This document shows, one piece after another, positions 1-10,101 of a stretch of 64,000 bases of DNA. Every line of letters starts with the position of its first letter. The first letter of the stretch is position 1. The translations under genes were made by a program, and so were the position numbers. This DNA comes from Christensenellales bacterium. GTDB taxonomy: Bacteria; Bacillota; Clostridia; Christensenellales; DTU072. The stretch covers positions 23,193 through 87,192 of the forward strand of contig JBNRMV010000010.1 of NCBI GenBank assembly GCA_050309775.1, given 5' to 3'. The notes beneath the pieces are model-generated. The model had not been told where the DNA came from. It ran no database searches and was given only the letters and a program-made list of their open reading frames with translations.

Positions 1-11
1 AAGACATCGAA

Positions 12-2282
12 ATGATTTACGAATACATAGCTCTTTTGAGTAAATCCTTTGAATACAGAAATTATGTGTCAGCAAAATATATGCTCGAATACGTTTTGGA
101 GGAAACCCTTGGCAGAGTGTTTGAGGATGATATGCCGGCAGGAAGATTTGAAGCGTTTACACAAGCGCTTACGGAATACACCGAATATGAAGCAATGACC
201 AGGGACAAAGAAGAAGATGGATATTATGAGGTTGACCCGAAAGCGTTTTTGGATGGAATGCTGACGATATATGAAGAAAGCGGATGGGGCTCTGATGACT
301 TGGGAATCTTGTTCCACAGATATGTCTACGCCGGCCTTACAGAACGAATCATGTATTCGAATTTTGCCGAGCAGGAACTCAGAGAAATGAGAGACAGCAT
401 ATCCGAAGAGTTAATAATTGAATTCACCGAGATTGTTGTCGGAATTATGCAGATTATACAAGAGTACTATGTGTTCGGCAAAGCCGATGGAATAGAGAGT
501 TTTGCCGAAGTTGCCATTGCGATTAGCGCCATAAAAAGCACTCTTGACGAATTCATTGAGGACTATGCTGATGAGTTTGACGACAAATTAAGCACAATTT
601 TGTCATTGCTGCCGGTGTCCGAGGATATGTTGCCTGCGCTTAGTTTGATTCAAACAAAGCTTGGTATGACCAAACTGTCGGGGCTGTTGGCGTTGATTAC
701 TGAAGATATGCTCAGCAGTATCTTTATGCTGGGCGATAAGGATATTAACATAAATCGCGAATTGGAATTTGCGGAACTCAATATGGCAATTTTTGAAGCA
801 AAAGCGCTTGTGGTACTTTATGGAGAGGACTATAACGCTGCAGAATTTGCCGCAAACTATGCCGACAATGACCCTGAAATATTTAAGCCGGTTGTAGAAT
901 TTGTTTTTGAGTTTTTATTTGGCGGATTCCAACCGAAGAATAAAGCTGACCCCGGGTTCTCCGTCGCCAAAAGATTTGAAATGTCCTACTATTTATTAAG
1001 CAATATGATAAAAGACGGCTTTGGCAATAAGATTTGTATCAGCGACGAAAGGTTTGCCGCAATAAAAGAAATTGCCAACAAGCCCTATGACATGACACCT
1101 GTTCCCGAGAACCCGAATGCGGAGCTGACTCCCCCCATTACAATGGAGGATATCGAACAGCTGCTCATAATACCCGCTACTATGAAATTAAGCCAGATTA
1201 TGGAAGAGGTAGCAGAGATTATGTCGTTGCTATATCTGAACGGTGAGGACGAATATTCTAATGAATCTAAGGTAGAACAGTGGACCGTGGCGCTATATCT
1301 TGCAGATATAGATATTGCCAAAATCCAAAACTTCAGAGCTATGCTCGAAAAAAATGCTGCAGACGAAGAAGGAGGAGTTGGCTTTGAGTATGGTCTATAC
1401 GATTCGCAGATTGCTTATATTTTCTATGCGCTATTGACGGCATACGATGAGGACAGCACTCCGTTTACCGTTGAAGAAGTCCAGTCCTGGCTGATATACG
1501 CTTCAAAGCATCCTATTGATTATTATTTAGCCTCTGAACCCTTCGAGATTACTGAGTTGCTCGAAATCCTTAATGAAAATGACGGCGCATACATTGCAGA
1601 ACTTTCTTTATTAGCGGCTAAACTGATTGAACAATACGGCATATACATGAGCGCTCCCGAACATTATGCCCTAATGCTGGAAGAAATTATTGCCGGCACT
1701 TTGACTGCCGTAAAAGCCTATTACGCAGACAACCAGATTGATTTGCCGCAAGAGGCCGTCCTTACGGCGTATAATCTTCTCAAATACATTATAGCGTTCT
1801 ATGGAGATATTCCCTATTCCATTAATGTTCAAGAGGCAGAAATCATGATGGAATTCTTGTCAATCCTGGAATTGGTAATCGGCAACGAGAGATATAATAG
1901 CTTTGAAAAAGTTATTGACCTTATTCTGGATACCATAGGAATTTACAATGAGGTTAGGTATGTGGATGAATGTGAGGAAATTGATGAATATATACATTAC
2001 TTAGACCACAACCTTATCAAAATGATATATGGAATATTCGGAGACACACCAGAAGCGGACTTCGCAGGTTTGGAGGAATATGCAGGAGATCACTCGCCGA
2101 ACGCCTTACTTGTAGCCGTTATTTTGGACAACTACGAGAACATAAAGAAATGGGCGGATATGGAGTATAACTATGAAGAAAACCATGCAGAATTTAGCGA
2201 GGAGATGAATGCTGTAATAGACGCAATTTACAATAACCTCTTTGAAATTATTTATGGTTCTTTTATACGCGTCAAAAGGTAA
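12..2282 (+). CDS. hypothetical hyper-acidic (D/E/Y-rich) 756-aa protein; the frame stays open to the window edge, so the true start may lie upstream
   Basis: Long uninterrupted ORF followed by a strong terminator. No TM segment and no motif I recognise. No in-frame stop between nt 3 and the first ATG. Confidence 0.6.
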   Translation: MIYEYIALLSKSFEYRNYVSAKYMLEYVLEETLGRVFEDDMPAGRFEAFTQALTEYTEYEAMTRDKEEDGYYEVDPKAFLDGMLTIYEESGWGSDDLGILFHRYVYAGLTERIMYSNFAEQELREMRDSISEELIIEFTEIVVGIMQIIQEYYVFGKADGIESFAEVAIAISAIKSTLDEFIEDYADEFDDKLSTILSLLPVSEDMLPALSLIQTKLGMTKLSGLLALITEDMLSSIFMLGDKDININRELEFAELNMAIFEAKALVVLYGEDYNAAEFAANYADNDPEIFKPVVEFVFEFLFGGFQPKNKADPGFSVAKRFEMSYYLLSNMIKDGFGNKICISDERFAAIKEIANKPYDMTPVPENPNAELTPPITMEDIEQLLIIPATMKLSQIMEEVAEIMSLLYLNGEDEYSNESKVEQWTVALYLADIDIAKIQNFRAMLEKNAADEEGGVGFEYGLYDSQIAYIFYALLTAYDEDSTPFTVEEVQSWLIYASKHPIDYYLASEPFEITELLEILNENDGAYIAELSLLAAKLIEQYGIYMSAPEHYALMLEEIIAGTLTAVKAYYADNQIDLPQEAVLTAYNLLKYIIAFYGDIPYSINVQEAEIMMEFLSILELVIGNERYNSFEKVIDLILDTIGIYNEVRYVDECEEIDEYIHYLDHNLIKMIYGIFGDTPEADFAGLEEYAGDHSPNALLVAVILDNYENIKKWADMEYNYEENHAEFSEEMNAVIDAIYNNLFEIIYGSFIRVKR

Positions 2283-2289
2283 TGACGCA

Positions 2290-2321
2290 AAAAGGCGTCC
2301 CCAAAACGGGACGCCTTTTTA
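2290..2321 (+). terminator. rho-independent terminator
   Basis: GGCGTCCC / GGGACGCC stem with a CAAAAC loop, followed by TTTTT. Confidence 0.75.
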
Positions 2322-2361
2322 ATATGATTGCCAATGCATTGAAAATAATAGAGAGAAAACC

Positions 2362-3030
2362 ATGACAATACTGCAAGCAATAGATTTAACAAAAAACTAC
2401 AAAAACGGCGGCGTTATTACAAATGTAATAAAGGGAATCAACCTGGATATTCAAGAGGGTGAATTTGCCGCTATAACAGGTGCGTCCGGCTCGGGCAAAA
2501 GCACTCTTTTATATTTGCTCAGCGGACAAGAAAAGCCTACTTCGGGCAAAGTGTTGTTGAACGGAGAGGATATTTCCCTGTTTTCCGAAAGCAAAATGGC
2601 TGCGCTACGCCGGCGCCAGCTCAGCTTTGTATATCAGTACTACAACCTCATTCCCAACCTTTCGGTCTATGACAACATAGTGCTGCCCGTCCGCATGGAC
2701 AGGCGGCTGACGGCAGCCGACAAAGGATATCTTGAAGAGATTGTGGCGGTTGCGGGTATAAAAAATTTGCTGAAAAAGCGTCCAGACCAGCTTTCGGGCG
2801 GCGAGCAACAACGCGCGGCACTGCTTAGAGCTGTTTTTATTCGTCCGAAAATTATTTTTGCAGACGAGCCGACAGGCAACCTTGACAGCAAGTCCGGCGC
2901 GGCGGTTATGCAGCTAATAAAAGAAATCAATGAGAGATACAAAACTACAGTCGTTATGGTCACGCATTCAGAGGCGCAGGCGGCTTATGCGAACAGGCGT
3001 ATTTACATGAACGACGGAAAAATTCAATGA
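2362..3030 (+). CDS. ABC transporter ATP-binding protein (MacB/FtsE/LolD-like)
   Basis: Walker A GASGSGKST, signature LSGGEQQR, Walker B IFADEPT. The stop overlaps the permease start (ATGA). Confidence 0.9.
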   Translation: MTILQAIDLTKNYKNGGVITNVIKGINLDIQEGEFAAITGASGSGKSTLLYLLSGQEKPTSGKVLLNGEDISLFSESKMAALRRRQLSFVYQYYNLIPNLSVYDNIVLPVRMDRRLTAADKGYLEEIVAVAGIKNLLKKRPDQLSGGEQQRAALLRAVFIRPKIIFADEPTGNLDSKSGAAVMQLIKEINERYKTTVVMVTHSEAQAAYANRRIYMNDGKIQ

Positions 3031-5498
3031 TGATAGCCAAGCTGACCTTTAGAAATATCATAAAGAACAAACTCAGAACTGCGGCAATATTGCTTACCGT
3101 GGCTTTGAGTTGCGTTATGCTGTTCTTAGGGTTGATTTATAATCGCCTTGCAGTAGGTCAGTTTATGGAAACCAAAGTTGTAGAATCAGAGAATGCCGAC
3201 CTAAGATTGGCATATACCGCCGGCAGCAGCTCCAGGGTAATTACCGCAGAACACCTTTCGCAATTTGACTCGGAGATTGAATTTGCCGCCGGAGTGCTGG
3301 AACTCTATGGCTCGGCTGCGCTGGACGGACAGCAAGTATATATAAATTTGCGTGGGGCCACCGAAGAAAACATAGACAAATTGAACAACCTGACTTACAT
3401 TGCGCAACAAAACAGAGCAATGCGCAAACACGAATTAGTCATCAGCCAAAAAACCGCTGAAGAATACGGTTTGAAGATAAACAGCACCTTTATGATTGCC
3501 GTCGGCTCCAAGCAGCAGCTTTTTACAGTAGGCAAGATTGCGCAGCATCACGCATGCTTTGACGCCCCCGGCGCCATAGTTATGTACGGCATAGAGAGTT
3601 TTGTAAGCAGCTATTTTTGGGGAGGCGGATTCGGCAAAGTATATAACAAGATTTATATCAAGACTGTTGACGGAGTGAACCAAGACGACCTCGGCAAGAG
3701 AATTATGGAAATTGAAGCCTACAAGGGCTATGACATAAAAGAAACCAGCCAAGATGAGGAATTGCGGCGGCGAGCCAATGAGATAGCCATTCCCGTCACC
3801 ATAGCCGTGCTGGGCTGCCTGCTTTTGGGACTGTTGCTTGTTTATATGGTGTTCAATGCAGGCGTCAAAAAACGCGCGGAACTTATATCCCGACTCAAGT
3901 CGGTTGGCGCAAAAAACAGCTTTATTTCAACAATTTTTATGATGGAATGCTTTATTTATATTGTTATTGGCGCAGGACTGGGGTATTTGTGTAACAAATT
4001 TTTGTTTAAGCATTATTTGCCTAAAATAATAAGTTTTGATACCGCCGATATTTTCTACCGCAATGTTATGATTTATTCTTCTGCTGCAACAGCGGCGACG
4101 GTCTTTATAATGTCGCTGCTGCCGATAATAAAAACACGGGGCGTTGCCATTCGGACAAGTTTTTCCGCAGCAAAAAACACTGTATGGAAAAGCAACCTTA
4201 TTGTTTTTTTGTTGGGCATGGCTATGATTGTAACCGCCGCTTGCCTTTGTATCCCATACCGTCTGGAAGCAAATAGGGGCATAGCCTCGCTGTTGTTGGG
4301 CATACTGGGAATACTTCTTGTTGCGCCTTATGCGGCAAGATATTTTGTCAAGGGACTGCAAAAAGTGTTCCATTGGGGAGTGGCGAACCTGGCGCTCAAA
4401 AATGTTGAGAGCGAAAGAGGGCTGGCAAATACGCTTAGGGTGTTGACCGCAGGTATGATGATTTGTATCATCATCAGCAGCGCGGCAAATATAACCTACA
4501 ATTTGGGGTTGCAGACGGTAGAAAATATTGACAGCGACATTATCATAGAAAATATCCGCGCGCAAAGCCCAACTCCGATAAACACCATAAAATCCATAGA
4601 GGGCGTCTATGATGTGTATGCTTATCAGATGCGAAAAGTGGATATAGTAGCGGCTGGGGAAAAGACAGAGATAAACCTCATCGGCATAAGTCCGGACAAT
4701 CTTGGGTTTATAAAAGATACCGGCAGCGTAAGTTCACGGGAAGAAATTATAAGCATGATTGCAAAGAAAGAGGGTATGCTTATTGATATTTCATATAGCA
4801 AGGTGTTTGGCATAGCCATCGGCGACAAAATCAACATTACTATTGGCGGCATAACGCAAGATATTGCGGTAGTCGGGTTTTTTCAGTCGTACTTCTATGC
4901 GGTTGGTAAAACAGCAGTGATGAGCAATGAATTGATGTCGGAGCTTTTTGGATTGCCTCTGTTTGACAGTCTGGTGTGCAAAACCACCGAAGATGTCGAA
5001 GAGACCATTGCAAAAATCCGCGCAGGACTTGGCACCTATAACATAATTGCCTACAACAAAGGCGCAGCTTATGGCGTCTATCTTACCGTACTTCAAAACC
5101 TGGTAGACTTCAGCAATATTTTTACCTATTTTGTCATACTGGTTTGCATTTTTGGAATACTTACTAACATACTGAATTCCCGTGAAGAGAGGAAGGGCGT
5201 GTTTTATCAGCTATATTCGCTTGGCGTCAGCAGAATGCAATTGTTTTTGTGCGAATTGCTGGAAAGCGTTTTTGTCTTGATTGTGACTTTTGGTTTGACG
5301 GCCGCGGCGCTTGCGCTGTGCAATTATGCGCTGATAAACACCATAGCAATAATGCAAATCTATGTCATGCGCGCCATAAATACAAAAATAGCCTTGACCA
5401 TTTCTGCTATATTTGGAGCATTTTATTTGCTGTTGAGCATAAATTCGTTCTTTACCATAAATAAGAAACAACTTATCGGCGCTATAAAAACCTATTGA
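3027..5498 (+). CDS. ABC transporter permease with duplicated FtsX-type modules (823 aa)
   Basis: N-terminal TM, a large extracytoplasmic segment and a TM cluster, then a second extracytoplasmic segment and a C-terminal TM cluster. Translationally coupled to the ATPase. Confidence 0.85.
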   Translation: MMIAKLTFRNIIKNKLRTAAILLTVALSCVMLFLGLIYNRLAVGQFMETKVVESENADLRLAYTAGSSSRVITAEHLSQFDSEIEFAAGVLELYGSAALDGQQVYINLRGATEENIDKLNNLTYIAQQNRAMRKHELVISQKTAEEYGLKINSTFMIAVGSKQQLFTVGKIAQHHACFDAPGAIVMYGIESFVSSYFWGGGFGKVYNKIYIKTVDGVNQDDLGKRIMEIEAYKGYDIKETSQDEELRRRANEIAIPVTIAVLGCLLLGLLLVYMVFNAGVKKRAELISRLKSVGAKNSFISTIFMMECFIYIVIGAGLGYLCNKFLFKHYLPKIISFDTADIFYRNVMIYSSAATAATVFIMSLLPIIKTRGVAIRTSFSAAKNTVWKSNLIVFLLGMAMIVTAACLCIPYRLEANRGIASLLLGILGILLVAPYAARYFVKGLQKVFHWGVANLALKNVESERGLANTLRVLTAGMMICIIISSAANITYNLGLQTVENIDSDIIIENIRAQSPTPINTIKSIEGVYDVYAYQMRKVDIVAAGEKTEINLIGISPDNLGFIKDTGSVSSREEIISMIAKKEGMLIDISYSKVFGIAIGDKINITIGGITQDIAVVGFFQSYFYAVGKTAVMSNELMSELFGLPLFDSLVCKTTEDVEETIAKIRAGLGTYNIIAYNKGAAYGVYLTVLQNLVDFSNIFTYFVILVCIFGILTNILNSREERKGVFYQLYSLGVSRMQLFLCELLESVFVLIVTFGLTAAALALCNYALINTIAIMQIYVMRAINTKIALTISAIFGAFYLLLSINSFFTINKKQLIGAIKTY

Positions 5499-5538
5499 GT
5501 TACGCATAATTCTTGCGCAAGCAGCAGAAAATAGATTT

Positions 5539-6504
5539 ATGAGCTGCGCTTGTCAAAAGAAAAAGGCATTTTATGCTGTATTTATATTTGTTGTTGCCGC
5601 CGTGTTTATTTTCAACGCGGGCTTTTCCTTTGAAAACCAAGATTATATAAAATGGGTGGACTGCAAAGTACCTTATGCGATTTTGAAAAGGGCATGCGAA
5701 TATGATGTCAGCATGCACGGCAGCCAATATGAATTTGATTTTGTAAAGGCGCTGGCATATCTGGCTGTAAAGAACGGAAACAAGTTTAATTTGCGGCGGG
5801 ACATAAAGAATTTGGACAATCTGGTTTACCATGTTAAGAGCGGCAAAAAAATTGATGATTTTTTCAGTGAGAACAAATATTACAAATATTATGTTGAGGC
5901 GTACAATGCCATATTTGCTGAGTTTATCGGAGAGTACAAGACGGCAAGCGGCGATGTCAAATACGGTTGCAAGAATTATCATCCCTTTGCACGGGGGTAT
6001 TGGTTCTCACATTATGACGACTTCGGAGCCTCACGCTCTTTTGGGTTCAAAAGAAAGCACCTCGGGCATGACATTATGGGGTCGATAGGCACTCCCATAG
6101 TGGCAATAGAGGGCGGTACGGTGACGGAATTGGGTTGGAACAAATACGGCGGTTGGCGCATAGGCATAAGGTCGTTTGACAAAAAAAGGTCATATTATTA
6201 TGCGCACCTGCGCAAGAATAAACCGTATATTGAAGGCTTGAAAAAGGGCGACACCATTGTTGCCGGACAAGTAATAGGCTATCTTGGGGTGACGGGATAT
6301 AGCTCCAAAGAGAATGCCAACATGAAGACAAAACCGCATTTGCATTTGGGCATGCAGTTGATTTTTGACGAAAGCCAATACCAAGGTCCCAAAGAAATCT
6401 GGATAGATATGTATCAGATAACAAAGTTTCTATCCGAATACCGTGTGGCGGTAACTAAGGATGAAAAGGATTTTCGCAGCATAAATTTGAAGAGAAGTCT
6501 ATAA
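5539..6504 (+). CDS. membrane-anchored M23 family metallopeptidase
   Basis: N-terminal TM helix. HxxxD (HLGHD) and HxH (HLHLG) M23 motifs. Confidence 0.8.
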   Translation: MSCACQKKKAFYAVFIFVVAAVFIFNAGFSFENQDYIKWVDCKVPYAILKRACEYDVSMHGSQYEFDFVKALAYLAVKNGNKFNLRRDIKNLDNLVYHVKSGKKIDDFFSENKYYKYYVEAYNAIFAEFIGEYKTASGDVKYGCKNYHPFARGYWFSHYDDFGASRSFGFKRKHLGHDIMGSIGTPIVAIEGGTVTELGWNKYGGWRIGIRSFDKKRSYYYAHLRKNKPYIEGLKKGDTIVAGQVIGYLGVTGYSSKENANMKTKPHLHLGMQLIFDESQYQGPKEIWIDMYQITKFLSEYRVAVTKDEKDFRSINLKRSL

Positions 6505-6597
6505 ATATGTACAGAAGAGCGCTTTTTTGACTCTTGAAAAAAGCCCATACATATGGTATTATTTGTTAAAAGGAGGGCTTATCGTGGTCTAATCCCC

Positions 6598-8088
6598 ATG
6601 AAAAGGGTGCCCGACAAGCCGTTTGAAGTTATGAGCGTTGTGGTCCAAACAAAATATGGCAAAGTCAGGGGAGTTTGCACCAAAGACGGATATGTTTGGC
6701 GAGGTATACCGTACGCCGCGCCGCCCGTCGGTAAAAACCGTTTCAAAGCGCCGCAAGACCCACAAGGCTGGCAAGGCGTATACGATGCGCAACGCTTTCG
6801 CGCCATTTGTCCCCAGTTTATCCCTTTAGAAAAAGAAGTTCAAAGCGAAGATTGTCTGCATTTGAATATTTATTCCGATTCTACCATAGGGCGCAAGCCC
6901 GTAATGGTGTTTATTCACGGAGGCGCTTTTATTTTGGGCAGCGGCTCTCAAAGCATTTATGACTGTCAAAATATAGCCGCCAAAGGCGTGGTGGCTGTGA
7001 CTTTGAATTATCGGCTGGGCGTATTCGGCATGCTCAACTTTTCATTCATTGACGAATCGTTTGCGTCCAACATTGCTTTGCGTGACCAAATCAAAGCGCT
7101 TGAATGGGTGTATGAGAACATTGCAAATTTTGGCGGAGACCCCGAGGATATCACCATTTGCGGACAGTCGGCTGGAGCAATCAGCGTGACATGTCTTTTG
7201 AATGCGCCGGCGGCGCAGCCTTACATAAAGAAGGCAATTATTTGCAGCTCATTCCCCGACATGATAAACTCAAAACAGCGCAGCGTGGAGATAGCCAAGG
7301 ATTTTTTGAAATTCATAGGCATAGAAGAAAAGGATGCCCCCAAAAGGCTGTTGTCCATAACTGTTGATGAACTCAACATGCATGCCAAGGCTTTTACCAA
7401 GAATTGCCGCAGAAAGAATGGGCTGGATTTGCTTATGCCTTGCGTTGACGGCATGGTTCTTCCGAAAAAACCCCTTGCTTCCGTAAGAGACGGCAGCGCT
7501 CACTATGTACCGCTGCTGATAGGCGTAACTAAAAGCGAAGTGGACATACTCTTCCGATTGAAGTATTCCAACACCATGGCAAATGACGAAATGGAATATT
7601 TGCTGGAGGACGAAAAACAGGTAAAGGAAGAGTTGCTTGCGGCATACAATTTGCCCCCAAAGAAAGCGTATCCGCTTATCGGACGCGACTGGCTGATTCG
7701 TATACCGTCAGAGTGGTACGCAAACAGCCACAGCAAAAAAGCCCCTGTCTGGATGTACCGCTTTGATTATGAGAACTTGTTTTTGAAACTGACGGGCATG
7801 AATGCCGTCCATGCTTTGGACTTGCTGTTCATTTTCAAAAATTTTGACAACAGAATAGGTCGGCTGTTATTTTGCATGACTCCCCGAAAAGCCAAGGCTA
7901 TGGCGCTTGCCGACAGAATGCAAGATGCAGTTGTGGACTTCATAAAAAGCGGAAAGGCGCCTTGGCAGCAATTTGACGAAAAGTTCGCCACAAAGGTTTT
8001 TGACGCTGACGGAGACAAACTTGAGTATGACGATGAGGACGCTGTACGCAAAGTTTGGCTAAAAACAGAGATATATAAAAGGATATAA
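6598..8088 (+). CDS. carboxylesterase type B (para-nitrobenzyl esterase-like)
   Basis: HGGAF oxyanion motif, GQSAGA nucleophile elbow, PnbA-like N-terminus (QTKYGKVRG). The start is uncertain: the ORF opens at 6553, I prefer ATG 6598, and neither has an ideal SD spacing. Confidence 0.8.
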   Translation: MKRVPDKPFEVMSVVVQTKYGKVRGVCTKDGYVWRGIPYAAPPVGKNRFKAPQDPQGWQGVYDAQRFRAICPQFIPLEKEVQSEDCLHLNIYSDSTIGRKPVMVFIHGGAFILGSGSQSIYDCQNIAAKGVVAVTLNYRLGVFGMLNFSFIDESFASNIALRDQIKALEWVYENIANFGGDPEDITICGQSAGAISVTCLLNAPAAQPYIKKAIICSSFPDMINSKQRSVEIAKDFLKFIGIEEKDAPKRLLSITVDELNMHAKAFTKNCRRKNGLDLLMPCVDGMVLPKKPLASVRDGSAHYVPLLIGVTKSEVDILFRLKYSNTMANDEMEYLLEDEKQVKEELLAAYNLPPKKAYPLIGRDWLIRIPSEWYANSHSKKAPVWMYRFDYENLFLKLTGMNAVHALDLLFIFKNFDNRIGRLLFCMTPRKAKAMALADRMQDAVVDFIKSGKAPWQQFDEKFATKVFDADGDKLEYDDEDAVRKVWLKTEIYKRI

Positions 8089-8147
8089 AAGTTTTTAACT
8101 AATTTCTTATATCTTTCTAAATATAATTTAACAAGGAGGAAAAGCTA

Positions 8148-8855
8148 ATGAATATTCATAACCTTGGGAGCGTATTGTTTAATAATTATTTATTGCAATA
8201 TGAAAATGGTTGTATTCTCATTGACGCAGGGTACAATACCAGTTTTGAAAAGTTTTTGGGAAAACTTGAAACCCTCGGCATTAGCCTTGATGCCATAAAA
8301 TATGTTTTTCTTACGCATGTTCACAATGACCACATAAGCTATTTGAAGGAGTTGCTTGACGCCGGAGTCAAATTGATAATACATAGCGCAGCAAAAGAAA
8401 GACTGCTTGAAGGCAAAAATGTGCTGGGCGACTGTTCGACTTTGATATCAAAATGTTTTTCGTTAATGACAAAATTGACGGGAAAATCCGTGGGAGACTG
8501 GACCCCTATCGATGCAGAGAACGCCATAGTCTGTGACGGCAACGCAAATGTTTTGGCGGAGCAGGGCTTCCCCATGACGGTGGTTGAGTTGCCCGGGCAC
8601 ACTCCTGATAGCATAGGGCTGCTGACAGATGATGGCAAGTTGTTTTGCGGAGATATGACCATGAACGGTTTTCCAGCAACAAATAGGAAAACGCTGCTGA
8701 TTGAAGATGTCACAGAATATAAAAAGTCCTGGCAAAAAATCATAGCGCTCAATCCGTTGATGCTCTATCCCGGTCATGGCAAACCCTTCCCAATTGATGA
8801 TATGGTGAAATATCAGCCGGGAGTTAATGAACTAATACTTTGGCGTAACAAATAA
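8148..8855 (+). CDS. MBL-fold metallo-hydrolase
   Basis: HVHNDH (HxHxDH) motif. AAGGAGG RBS upstream. Confidence 0.8.
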   Translation: MNIHNLGSVLFNNYLLQYENGCILIDAGYNTSFEKFLGKLETLGISLDAIKYVFLTHVHNDHISYLKELLDAGVKLIIHSAAKERLLEGKNVLGDCSTLISKCFSLMTKLTGKSVGDWTPIDAENAIVCDGNANVLAEQGFPMTVVELPGHTPDSIGLLTDDGKLFCGDMTMNGFPATNRKTLLIEDVTEYKKSWQKIIALNPLMLYPGHGKPFPIDDMVKYQPGVNELILWRNK

Positions 8856-8921
8856 AACACGCATAATTTTTTTGAAATCCAAAATACTAACTACAATTCA
8901 GCGATGAATTAAGGAGGAAAA

Positions 8922-9605
8922 ATGGAATTCAAGAAATATATTGCAGAAATGTTTGGTACGATGTTTCTTGTGCTGGTCGGCTGCGGAAGCGCAGTGGCTT
9001 ATGGTTTCAGCGCAGGCTGGCTGGCAATTGCGTTGGCGTTCGGTTTGACGGTTATGGCAATGACCTATTGCTACATGAAGTTTTCCGGCTGCCACATAAA
9101 CCCCGCAGTGTCGCTGGCAATGCTAATAACAAAAAAGATTGACTTCAAAGACTTTATAGGCTATATAATAGCGCAATTTGTCGGCGGTATTGTAGGCGCG
9201 GCAGTGCTTATGATATTCTTTTCACGCGCGACGGGTCTTGGCGCCAATGGGTACGGCGCAATGAGCAGCTGGGATTTGAACTGGTGGCAAGCTCTTATTG
9301 CAGAAATACTGTTGACCAATCTTTTTGTAATGGTATTTCTCGCGACTTCCGGCAAAAAGCACAAATTTTCAGGCGGAATAATAAACGGACTGACCTTTGC
9401 GGCAGTCTATATAATAGGCATTCCTCTGACAAATGCTTCAATTAACCCGGCAAGGAGTCTTGGACCGGCGATATTTGCCGGCGGAATGGCTATCAGGCAG
9501 GTGTGGTTGTTTATACTGGCTCCGATGATAGGCGCAATACTTGCAGCTATCGGGTACAAATGTTTTTGCAACAAGGATGACAAACTAATCGAGGAAATTA
9601 TGTAG
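8922..9605 (+). CDS. aqpZ: aquaporin / MIP family channel
   Basis: Two NPA boxes (HINPAVS, INPARS), six hydrophobic segments, AAGGAGG RBS. Confidence 0.9.
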   Translation: MEFKKYIAEMFGTMFLVLVGCGSAVAYGFSAGWLAIALAFGLTVMAMTYCYMKFSGCHINPAVSLAMLITKKIDFKDFIGYIIAQFVGGIVGAAVLMIFFSRATGLGANGYGAMSSWDLNWWQALIAEILLTNLFVMVFLATSGKKHKFSGGIINGLTFAAVYIIGIPLTNASINPARSLGPAIFAGGMAIRQVWLFILAPMIGAILAAIGYKCFCNKDDKLIEEIM

Positions 9606-9652
9606 CTACGGCTACAAAAAACAGCCAATTGTTGTTTATGGCAATCGGACAG

Positions 9653-9695
9653 ACAAAGAACCCGTTATTATGCTACAAACGGGTTCTTTGTTTTT
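9653..9695 (+). terminator. rho-independent terminator after aqpZ
   Basis: 14-bp stem ACAAAGAACCCGTT / AACGGGTTCTTTGT followed by a T-run. Confidence 0.75.
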
Positions 9696-9753
9696 GTAGC
9701 AGTGCAGCGCAATGTTACAAAATAGTTCTGTAACAAAAGCAACAGAATTTACC

Positions 9754-9782
9754 TTGACAAAACGCAAAGGTTCATCTATCAT
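9754..9782 (+). promoter_or_regulatory. putative sigma-A promoter of the Dabb-copA-copZ operon
   Basis: TTGACA (9754-9759), 17-nt spacer, TATCAT (9777-9782). An inverted repeat GTTACA-N9-TGTAAC lies at 9714-9734, just upstream. Confidence 0.45.
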
Positions 9783-9813
9783 TATCGTAAAGAATTATAT
9801 ATACGGAGTAATT

Positions 9814-10101
9814 ATGATAAAACACATTGTATGTTTCAAATTAAAAGACATAGCCGATGCCGAACGCACAAAAGAAGTGCTTATGTCGATGCAGGGCAAG
9901 GTGCCTCAAATCAGAGATATATCGGTAAACCTTGACGAATTGCGTACCGAAAGGTCGTATGATGTCATACTTGAAGTGCTTGTCGATGATTGGAAAGCGC
10001 TTGAAGATTATCAGGCAGACGCTTACCATTGCGATGTGGTCAAGAAGTATATTCACAGCGTAAGGAGCGGCAGCATAGCTTTGGATTTTGAAATTAAATG
10101 A
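9814..10101 (+). CDS. Dabb (stress-responsive alpha/beta-barrel) family protein
   Basis: A ~95-aa product starting [12 protein letters not shown] is typical of Dabb proteins. There is a GGAG RBS before ATG 9814. The stop overlaps the copA start. Confidence 0.75.
   Translation: MIKHIVCFKLKDIADAERTKEVLMSMQGKVPQIRDISVNLDELRTERSYDVILEVLVDDWKALEDYQADAYHCDVVKKYIHSVRSGSIALDFEIK

Noticed and set aside
3927-4565. 212-aa minus-strand ORF inside the FtsX permease gene
   Set aside because: It is antisense to a coherent membrane-protein ORF. The sequence is R/Q/C-rich and implausible, and there is no RBS.
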